The notes below the pieces were generated by a model. The model did no database searches and was not told the DNA's origin. It saw only the letters and a program-made list of their open reading frames with translations. A stretch of DNA of 64,000 bases from the human T2T-CHM13v2.0 reference genome, Homo sapiens. A program made the position numbers and the translations under genes. The stretch's first letter is position 1; each line of letters begins with the position of its first letter. The stretch lies in NCBI RefSeq assembly GCF_009914755.1, contig NC_060931.1; one strand, given 5' to 3'. Positions 38,644-64,000 of the stretch are shown piece after piece.

Positions 38644-38821
38644 TCTAAGGCCATATTGATCCCTCCCTTCTCTGGGTCCCCATGCCACGTACAGTTCACA
38701 GTACATCACTTGGAGCTGAATCCCCTTTTAAAGAATTGTTATAGTAGGCTTCCCTAGATTCAGGTAGATTGTCTACTCCCCAGGTAGATATTCAATAAAG
38801 ATTTAGTGCTTGGCTCTTTGA

Positions 38822-39463
<642 letters not shown>

Positions 39464-39659
39464 TGGATGTTCATATTAACACAAGATGCTGTATCAAGAC
39501 CCACGCGATACTGAACAGACATGACCCTTATCCTTACATGTGAAGATGTGGAATGGTCCTCTCAGGTACATGACTCCACAGGGAATGTATATATTGTCAT
39601 AATAATTCTACTTACTAACTTTGATTGAGCACCTATTGTGTGCCAGGTAATGTTCTCAG

Positions 39660-41104
<1,445 letters not shown>

Positions 41105-41881
41105 GTTCTGAGACTTTTGTGAGACTTATTAAATCTCCACGCAAGCCTATAAGGGTATTGTCCCCAATTAGCAGACAAGGAAGTTGAGGCATAGACAAGT
41201 GGCCTGCCCAAGATTGCTTAGCTGGGCGGATGGGTGGGGTGATACCAGCCCAGTCTCACCCACATCTGCCTGCTTCACCTTGCTCATTGCTGCTCTTCAG
41301 AGAATATTTGCAGAGCAATAGAAATTCAGAAGGACAGCCAAATAGTTACAGCTCATGCTCGTCCAGTTGGCATTAAAGCTCTGTCCTCACTGCAGTCCCC
41401 ACCCCCCACCAATGGTTTGTTGATCCTCTCCCATAGCAGAAGCAGGAACACTGAAACCATGATAGGTATGAGCTCAGGAGACGTTCCCAGGAGATCTGCC
41501 TATGGCCTTGGGGAAAACTGGTAGAGCTGGTTGGAGCTGGCCCTCTCCCCAGCTGCCTTCCACAATTAGCTCAGGGGGCACACTTAGTCCCTCCTGGAGG
41601 TTTCACGACCTGGCACCAGATGCAGACCCTGGTCAGCTCTGTTAAGGAAGGACTCTGTGAGCAGGTGCTGGTGTCAGCCAGGACTTGGGGTAATCTTCTA
41701 GAACTTTACTGTAGTTTTTTCAGTGTCCACACTTCCTGGAATTCGTCTAGTTTATTTCACTGAAAGTGGGCAGGATCTTTGAAAAGACACTCTCAAAAGA
41801 ATTGGATTCCCCTTATCTATTCAGCATTTCCTTTGTCACCAAAGTGATCAGTCAGAAGTAGTTAGAAAGTAGCCCCAACAC

Positions 41882-42197
<316 letters not shown>

Positions 42198-42207
42198 TTA
42201 GACAAAC

Positions 42208-42737
<530 letters not shown>

Positions 42738-43079
42738 GACATGGACCTTCCATCAAGGACACCAAAGTGCTTTAGGTGAGTGTCCTAATTGTTCCAGTGA
42801 TTTGGGGGCAAGCTGGAACAAGGAAAAAGAGCTATAATACAGTCATATCAATTTTACAGCTGAGCATACTGAGGTTCCAACACATAATATTTTGCCGCGG
42901 GTGCCCCAGCAAAGGCCCAAGCCTTAGATAAGGAGGCTGTTGAACAGCTTCCAGCTGAGACCATGTCACATGGCTGAGGTATGGAGATGGCTAAGGTGTG
43001 CCACCCTAGAGGCTATAGTCTTTAGGAAGGAAAGACCTTGAGAACAAGAGGAAGTAGTGACCAGATGCCTAAGTGGCGT

Positions 43080-45336
<2,257 letters not shown>

Positions 45337-46009
45337 TGATGGAATGCGATCCGAGGCCTCTGGAGAGATTTTTCATGGGCATGTATCTGTTGGGAAGAAC
45401 CTCAGGGTGGAGGCCATTCCTCTTTCTAAATTAGCTAGTGTAGAAGACAGGGCAAAGTTCTCATAAAATTTCTAACATCGACGAGAGTGTTGGCATTAGA
45501 AATGAGAAGACAGAAAAAGTATGAAAATGCAAAAATGGAAAATGTACATAAATACAAAATTTTATTAAATAGTATTCATTGATTTTAAATGTATACAACA
45601 TGCTTGTTGGTATTTAAAAATAGAATGATGGAGGATGATTTGGTGGGAGTAATTGTTTGAAAAAAAAATCAATTTAACATCACTTTGCTTTCCACTTCTG
45701 CTGCCAAGAAATCTCAGGCAGTATCTTCTAATTCAAACATAAGTGTCTCCAGAAACCTTTGGATCACATATTACAAAGCCCCATCTGTTTTACCCTCTCA
45801 AAATTAGCATTTTAGCTTAATTCACTTATACATTTTCTGACATTAGCTTGATTCTTCTCTTCTTCCTTTTTGTCATCTTAAATCACACCTGGCATCTTTT
45901 AGATTTGGATTCAACTGAAAAAATAATTTTTAGCTATTTTAAGTCCTTTTTAGTAGTAAGCAGAGTGTAAATAAAATTTAAAGCATAATGATGCAAACAT
46001 ATATACAGC

Positions 46010-46420
46010 TAATGTTTCTTGCAGGATTGTTTACAATAGCAAAAACTGGAAACAAATGTCTATGGATTGAGAGGTGGTTAAAACAATAATTGCTAAATCA
46101 TTAATAATTCTTAAAAGGAGTGAAATATATATGTGTGTGTATATATCTATATCCTGATATGTATGCAAGGCTGTATATGATCTATGTAAGTGGAAAAAAG
46201 CAAGTTGAAAAAACAGCAAACAGATAGTTTTATATGTTGAAAAAAATCAAGGCTGTTCAAAAAAGGTATCTTTGTGTAAGGGCATAGAAAGTAGCTTGCA
46301 AGGCACACACTAAGTGAGGAATGTGATTTGCTCTGGAGGGGAACAGGGTAAAGGCAAAGGTGGCAAGGGGACAGTCCCATTTTTCCCGTCGGCTTCTGGT
46401 ATGCTTGAATTTTCTACAAT
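46010..46420 (+). mobile_element. Old L1M 3'-end fragment
   Basis: ttgtttacaatagcaaaaactggaaacaa motif. Confidence 0.55.
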
Positions 46421-46430
46421 ATGAATGTGT

Positions 46431-47710
<1,280 letters not shown>

Positions 47711-47834
47711 TAATTTTCAGTAGAATACAAGATAGAGGTAATATATATTTGTGTGTGTACAATTTTGTTTTGTTTATGGGGAGGACATTTTCTTCACCAT
47801 CATCATCATCATCATAGTCATTGATGTCATGTCA

Positions 47835-48065
47835 ACTGCCATTACTGTATGGCAGGCAATGCCTTAAGTTTACTTTTATTAACTCACCTAATCTTAACTA
47901 CAGCCCAATTAGGAAGGTTCTATGGTTATTCCCATTTTACAGGTGAGAAACTGAAGCAGAGAGAGGTTAAGGAACTCGGCCAGGGTTACACAGCTTGTAA
48001 GTGGGGGAGCTGGGATTCAAATCCAGGCAGGATGAATCCAGAGTCCATGCTCCTAACCTCAACTC
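47835..48065 (-). mobile_element. MIR
   Basis: cccattttacaggtgagaaactgaagcagagagaggttaag core. Confidence 0.8.
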
Positions 48066-48212
48066 TACACGCGAGAAGCCAAATGAACACATTCATTCGT
48101 ATGCAGGTATCTCTCTGGGGTGGAGAGTCCTGTGTTCCTGCAGAGGCTCGTCCAGCACCATCTCCTCTGCATGCCAAGTCTTCCCTCAGCAATTTCTCAA
48201 CACACCCTCACC

Positions 48213-50704
<2,492 letters not shown>

Positions 50705-50899
50705 CTAAGCAGAGGGTTTGGGTTTTAGATCACATGTCAGCTCCAGCTTCGTTATGCCGTCTGGGGTAGCCTCCTTCACCTTTCCCAGAGCCTGTTTTCC
50801 CAGCTTTATTACAGGTAGATGACTCCTATGTCATTGGGTTGCAGTGAGGACCAGACGAGGTAACACACGCAGAAGAGACCTGTAGAGCCCCACTGGGGT

Positions 50900-51900
50900 G
50901 CTTCCTGCCCAATCCCTCCTTCCCTCCCACCCTCCACAGGTGTCAGACCCGTGTCTCAGTCAGAAGACTTTCCCTGCCGACGTATGCTCCCTCTAATTCC
51001 ACCTTGACATTTGTTTCCCAGAAGTCTGGAACTGGCGCGGGGGCTTTGGAAGTAGCAAGTAGCAATACAGTAGCAGCAATGAGTGATGGAAGCTGATAGA
51101 AAATGCAGTCACTTTGGTTAGCGGTTGGCCTGCACGAGATGGCGTGGGCATGTCAATCTGAGGTCTCTGCCTCTGGTAGACAAGATTTCTATGCATGAAA
51201 TAGAGTCCTGTTGCAGCCTGAGACCGAAAGTGCTGGCAGGGTTAAAGAAATCAGGGCTGCAAATCAACTGGGATCTGCTATATTCACAGGACGTTGGAGT
51301 TTGGATCTTGCTCATGGCTGGCGAAGTGTTTAGATCCTTTTGGATGTAAGTGGTCCCCTTCTTTGTTTACATCTTTTACAGAATTTTCCAGTCTTATTTC
51401 CGGGGCTGGCGGTGGTATTTGCTCAGTTAGTGAGCTAGAAGCTGTGAGGCCTCACCCACATTCCCTTTTCTGGGCCAGCACTCCAACCCCAGCCGCCAGC
51501 GATCAAGGCTGCCTCTTCTCTGGGATGTCATCCTTGGCTGGCAGGAGCCAGTTTGCTCCAGGTTTTTGCTGTCCTGCCCCTGCCCCCATGACTGATGCAG
51601 AGGTACAGAAGGGGCCCCTGTATCTCCGGAGGGGTGAATCTGCCAGGGACACCTGCTGCGTGGGACAGGCTAAGACCAGACTTCCGGAAATCCTCCCCGG
51701 TCAGCTGCATCTCCTTCCAAGCTTTGCTTCCCTACTTTGCCTTGCAGGTCCTTCCAGAAGAGCACTCCCCATCAACCCGCGGGCAGCTGAATTCCCACCT
51801 CAGACTCTGCTCCAAGGGCGCCGTGTCTACGGAGGCGACGCTGAGGATGGCTTATCAGGTTGGGTCACTCACCCCACCACGAGGACCTGACCTTAAATTC
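50900..51900. promoter_or_regulatory. Repeat-free, CpG-retaining segment: candidate enhancer or lncRNA exon
   Basis: ~1 kb without recognisable repeats, with elevated CpG and overlapping ETS motifs ACTTCCGGAAAT at 51680-51691. Confidence 0.4.
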
Positions 51901-51904
51901 TCGG

Positions 51905-52093
51905 TGCATCCTAAGTGTGACCCAGAGACCGCCTGCGTCAGAAGCACCTAGAATGCTGTGGAAGCACCTTCAATGCAGATTCCTGGGCCCAACCCTGGTT
52001 CCACTGAATCGGGGTCAGCTGGTGGGCCCAGGAATTGGCATTTTCAACAGCTTCCAATTGTACACCAGAATACTCAAGCTTGTGACTCCCCTG
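51905..52093. mobile_element. MER5A-like DNA transposon fossil
   Basis: aatgcagattcctgggccc...actgaatc...gggcccaggaattggcattttcaaca. Confidence 0.7.
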
Positions 52094-52188
52094 CTCACTG
52101 TTTTCTTCATCCTTTCTCACTTCCTGCTGAGTACATATGTATTTTACTACTTTTAGAGATACTTTTACAATAAAGGCAGTCTTGAAAG

Positions 52189-52776
52189 TGTGTCCGGAAT
52201 TGGTGGGTTCTTGGTCTCGCTGACTTCAAGAATGAAGGCGCGGACCTGAGTGTTACAGTTCTTAAAGGCGGCACGTTGGGAGTTGTTCGTTTCTCCCGGT
52301 GGGCTCGTGGTCTCGCCGGCTTCAGAAGTGAAGCTGCAGACCTTCGCGGTGGGTGTTACAGCCCATAGAGGCAACGAGTTCGGAATTGTTCCTTCCTCCC
52401 GGTGGGCTCCTGGTCTCGATAGCTTACAGGAACGAAGCTGCAGACCTTAGCGGTGGATGCTACAGCTCATAAAGGTAGTGCAGACCCAAAGACCAAGAGA
52501 ACAAAACTACCACAACGCAGAACAGAACCCTAGCGGGTTGCCGCTGCTGGCTCAGGTAGCCTGCTTTTATTCCCTTATTTGGCCCCACCCACATCCTGCT
52601 GATTGGTCCATTTTACAGAGTGCTGATTGGTCCGTTTTGACAGAGTGCTGATTGGTGCGTTTACAAACTTTAGCTAGACACTGAGTGCTGATTGGTGCAT
52701 TTACAATCCTTTAGCTAGACAGAAAAGTTCTCCAAGTCCCCATCTGACCCACAGGCCCAGCCGGCTTCACCTCTCA
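52189..52776 (-). mobile_element. LTR12-family (ERV9) solo LTR, LTR12F-like
   Basis: Minus-strand start TGAGAGGTGAAGCCGGCTGG and end ...TTCCGGACACA; perfect TSD AAAG at 52185-52188 and 52777-52780; four CCAATCAGCA units. Confidence 0.93.
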
Positions 52777-53735
52777 AAAGCATTTAATCAATTGGATTGT
52801 GTGTCCCACCAAACAAGAACAATGTATTCATCTTTGTATCACCACAGTCTGACACTCTGCCTGGCACCTAATATGTGCTCTGTAAACTATTTATAGAATG
52901 AATAAAACATTAAATGCTTGCATCATGTTGAACAGGGGATACAAAGAAGTTTAAGCCACTCTCATGTTCCTTTAAGCAGATTATAATTCAGATCAGGGGC
53001 CGAGTGTGGTGGCTCACACCTGTAGTCCTAGCACTTTGGGAGCCCGAGGTGGGTGGGCTCAAGGGTTCGAGACCAGCCTGGGCAACATGAATACACAGCT
53101 CTTGTTAAGGATTTTATTCTTTATTCCAAGAACAATAGGAAGCCAGGGAAATGGGTCAGTCAATGTGATGGGCAATGAAAGGCTGGCTGGAATTTGGGAT
53201 GAGACTGTAGGAGCACTGCCAGGGTGCTGCACGGCTCGGCTCCTGCTTGGCCCCAGGCTCAGCCCTGGAGCCGCCTCCACCTGGGCTATTTCACCCGGGC
53301 TGGTCCGCCACCTGGGAAGGCTCTTCCCCGATCCACTGAAGGAGCTGCCTGAGGTATGAACGGCAGAGCCTCCCGGGAGCCTGCCCACCCACACTCTCCT
53401 CATGAGGTCCCCTTTCATTCTCCATCTTAGCCGGAGATTCTTTCCTTGCTTATGCTGAGTACAACCTGCAATCATTATATGGATTTGATTATTTGGGTTT
53501 CTTTCTAATAATCTCCCTCATATAAGCTCCAGGAGGGAAAGAACCATAACTGCCTTGCATCCCCTTTGCCTGGGACAGTGACTGGCACAGGGTGGATGCT
53601 GAAGACGTTGGGGCAGTAGGAATGAGTGACAATGGGTCAAGTGGGTGCCTGGCGGGAGTCCCTCTGGGAGGGTGTGAGTGATGACGGGTTGTAGGTTGAC
53701 TGTGGTATAGACAGCAAGAAGAGGCTGAACTCAAG

Positions 53736-55045
<1,310 letters not shown>

Positions 55046-56597
55046 GATTAATGAGGTATTTAAGAGACAAGATTGACATGCCTTTGTTATATTATTATTG
55101 CTAATATTTATGAATATTTATCATATGCCAGGCATGTTTTTACTCTTCACAACAATTCTATGCAGTAGGCACCTTTAGTGTCCCATTTGACACACGAGAA
55201 ACTGTGATTTTAACACATACAATTTTTCGCAATGCATAAATATGTGTTTGTGTATACTTTTTTCACAAAGAAATTGGACATTGTTATTTTTGCGAGACCA
55301 GAATGACTAAATTGACAAATGTATAGCCTTTGGATGGTGCAGCTGAGCTCAACTCCAAACAGTGAGTCTGCAATATAAAAGTGCCCTCCACTACTTTCCA
55401 GAGCTCAATTACTTTTGAAATCTAACTTTGATTTAAATGTATTTTTGAGCCATTTCATTTTTAAGAGCTCATTTGGAGAGCTTAAAAAATTAATTAAATC
55501 TTTTGTCTTTGAAGTTTAATTCTTCCACTTCTGGCATATTCTCTATGGCTTATGAGAAAAATTGCCAATCACTCGGGTAATTTGCACCTAAAATAAAGGT
55601 GCAGAAAAGTTGAAATTAGAAGCAGCTAGAATATTAGTTCCTTGGTTTCTCCTGCCAGGGCTTTGGACCAAAATTCACAGAACTTTCCTGTATTTTCACA
55701 TTTTCCTTTTTTAGGAACTTCTAGGAGAAAGTGGTACTTGAACCAAGTCCTGTTGAAGGCTCTACTTTCTCAAGGCACCTGGTCACCACCACTGTCTCTC
55801 TGCTTTGAATATGGGTGGTTAAGAATGTTTATGAGTTTTAAAACATTTATAGCAACAAATATCTATAGAAAGATCTATAGGATATAATTTTGAGAAAAAT
55901 GGCCACCCTTGGTGTTGACTACTATCCCAATGGTACTGATTAGTTGTCTGGTTGGTCTTTAATCGTAGGGGCACACCTCTCTACACCCTAAGATTAAAAA
56001 GATAAAGTCATTAGGGTGCTCAAGTTGTGAACATCTCATTGATGAAGGCTTTGGCTCAATTGTCGATGATTATGATGCTGTTGGCCTCTGCTTTGCCCCA
56101 CAGTTAAATGCATTAAATAAACATTTCTGACTATCGGTGCAATCATGAGGGCCCTCAGCTTAGCTGGGATGAAATGGCTTCAAAAGTAGGTAAAGGAACT
56201 CATGTTGCATTTGACAAACCCTAGCTCCTACCTAAACCCTAATCTAAATAAGAGATTTTTCACTGGGTTTCTAGAACTGTGCTCCTGGAGGGCAGAGATG
56301 AGCACGTTCATTTCTGTGTCTTCAGACCTGCCTGACAGACAGAAAGTGCTCAGCAAGGTGGTTTTATGAACGGCTTTCATGCCTGACACGGACATGCCAC
56401 TGCTTCCATTTACAGCAAGACGTGCCAAGTTGCAGGGATTTCTCCTGCAGAGGTATTTGTGGTGAGGAAGGAACCCTCATGACTGTTAAGTCAAGAAATC
56501 TACCTGCTGTGTGCTCAGCCTTGAGTGTCCATAGGAATGAGTATGTGGACAGGTGAGGGTCTCCAGCTGTCCTGCATGTTGGCTGAAGCTCTGTTAT

Positions 56598-57591
<994 letters not shown>

Positions 57592-57633
57592 GCATGAGAC
57601 ACGGACTCTGAGAATCTGCTTCTATACATTTAC

Positions 57634-58990
<1,357 letters not shown>

Positions 58991-59109
58991 TGACTCAGCT
59001 TGTAATCCGTGTTGTGACCTTGGGCAGGTCACTGGAATTCTCTGGGCTGGAACAATAAGGGTAGGCGAGGCCTGACCTGTGAGGGCCCTCCTGGGCCTGA
59101 CTTTACCTT

Positions 59110-59403
<294 letters not shown>

Positions 59404-60109
59404 GACTTTACCTTCTATTAAGCAAGAGAGTGATGTGCTGAATGAAAGAGTTAACGTGCCTACAAAAGCATTTCTCACAGAGAGGAACTCATCTGCCAGG
59501 GTCTGGCCCAGATCCTAGAATTGGGCTGCTTGTTTTGTGGGGGAGGGGGGAGGGGATCGCAGCAGCTGTCTGGGTTTCCCGTCATTTCTCCTCTCACTTC
59601 CGAGGTCAGGGAGATAGGAGGAGACATGAACAGGTGGCTCCTGACGAGGCTGGCTGGGATCAGCCCTGATACAAAGACACCAAGGATTTGGAAATGAAAA
59701 TGCAAGTGGGGGAGATTGGCAGGCTGCCCTCGGAAGGAGCTGGTCCTAGTTTTGCTCCTTTGAGGAGTTTTGCACCTGATTAATGATTCTGTTCAAGATG
59801 GATTAAGCTGCTGGAACCTTTCTCCATTTAGCAGTGCCAGCTCTCTCCTCCTCTTAACGCTTTTTTTTTTTCTCGTCCCAGTCTCCCCCACCCCCAGTTT
59901 GTTCTCGGGACAAACCATCGGTCTAGGATGAACTCCGTTTTCCACTGGAAGGTCTCAAGAGGCTAAAGGCACCCCACGGGCTTCTCCCCGAGGAAGGGAC
60001 TGAGGACAGAGGAGGGCCACGGTTGCAATGAGGACAGCTCCGGCTCAAAAGCGTCCCTGGACCCTTGACTCTCAGCTTGTCTTGTCTTCCTTAATAAATT
60101 TCAGTTTGC

Positions 60110-60269
60110 GGGGGAGGGGAGAGGGATAGCATTAGGAGATATACCTAATGCTAAATGACGAGTTAATGGGTGCAGCACACCAACATGGCACATGTATACA
60201 TATGTAACAAACCTGCACATTGTGCACATGTACCCTAAAACTTAAAGTATAATAATAATAAAATTAAAA
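60110..60269 (+). mobile_element. Young L1PA (L1PA3-like) 3'-end fragment
   Basis: gggatagcattaggagatatacctaatgctaaatgacgagttaatggg...cttaaagtataataat. Confidence 0.92.
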
Positions 60270-60471
60270 CAACACCCCCTGCAGAGGTTACATTTCCCCC
60301 TTTTCTTCTGTCATCTTCTCCCTTTCCTTCCAGTGTCACATGGGGAGCAGCAAAGCCTCAAAATCATGGCCTTATAATTTTCGTCATCACTGGAATGGAT
60401 TCTCAGTTTCTTCTCCATTCTTCTCCTTCCTGCAAGAACATTCTTCTAATATGTATTGATTAGCCATTTGA

Positions 60472-60651
<180 letters not shown>

Positions 60652-61373
60652 TGAGCTTCTGATTGGACCTTCGTTATTTTGGGGTGACGGAGAGCAGTAA
60701 AAACATAGGAGAGCTTGGTCTTCGCCTTTGATTCCCTCCGATCCTGCTGCAGCCCCTGTTTTTAACACCACTTTCCCCTTGGCTCTGCCCGCTCCTCCCC
60801 CTGCCGTGTCCCCCCCAGGCTCCCTCGCCACGTTTCAAGTTGTTCTTTATTCAGCTGGGATCCAAGGATCTCCCTCCAGAGAAAGCGGATCATTGCCGGC
60901 TCCTTCGAGTCCCGGAGTGCCAAGTCCTGCGCCCAGCACAATGGTCCTTTATACCTCGCTGTGTGCTCTCTTTCCTGGCCCCAGCTGCCCCCATGCCCTG
61001 TTTTTCCTTACTCTTTTCTGCAGTATTTTCTTTCCAGTTGACTTAGTTATTACAGTACATGGACCGGGGAGGAAAGCTCCGGAACCTGGGCCTGGCGCAT
61101 GGAGTCTGAGAGCAAGTGTGGCTCCCTGGCCCTGCCATGAAGCTACCAGGAGGTGATCGGTCACATTCCTACACACAGAGCCTGGGCTCGCTTTGCTTTC
61201 ATGGCAGGGGACAGAGGCAGGGCTTGTCTCCTGATAGCCAGCTTCCCTGTGGGGTCCTGGCCCTGCCAGCCTAGGACATTTCCACAAACAGAACTGAGTA
61301 CTGAGTGGTGAGTGGGTGAGGCCATCATTTCTCAACTGCAGCTTAGCATGAAGTGTAATAAATAAGACTGACA

Positions 61374-64000
<2,627 letters not shown>

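Noticed and set aside
56270-56455. Apparent plus-strand exon (ttcag|ACC ... GAG|gtattt)
   Set aside because: Overlaps an L2-like 3' remnant, has a weak donor and has no linked exons

Overview
Primate, most likely human, euchromatic DNA that is essentially intergenic or intronic. The left end (~300-1930) is a CpG-island promoter. It contains a ~50-bp-periodic array of CCAAT plus GC-box units and has features of bidirectional transcription: a possible minus-strand start codon (MEFLKVP...) running off the window, and a possible spliced divergent plus-strand RNA. I cannot name the gene. The remaining ~62 kb is very Alu-dense (about 105-110 copies or fragments by eye, roughly 45% of bases). It also holds a full-length THE1A MaLR element with a perfect 5-bp TSD, solo LTRs (LTR12, MER4-type, MER67-like, MLT1), DNA-transposon fossils (Charlie1, MER45, MER63, MER5), L1/L2/MIR fragments and Alu-tail-derived microsatellites. 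No ORF in the track is a convincing gene; they are Alu, LTR or GC-rich artefacts. I see no evidence of a new multi-gene system. The most notable observations are small rearrangement scars: a 43-bp locally templated insertion inside an Alu, a short duplication 6683 bp apart, a tiny L1 3' transduction and an orphan poly(A) insertion. There is also a testable hypothesis of an LTR12-driven alternative first exon. Repeat family names are from recall of consensus sequences, and Alu boundaries are approximate.
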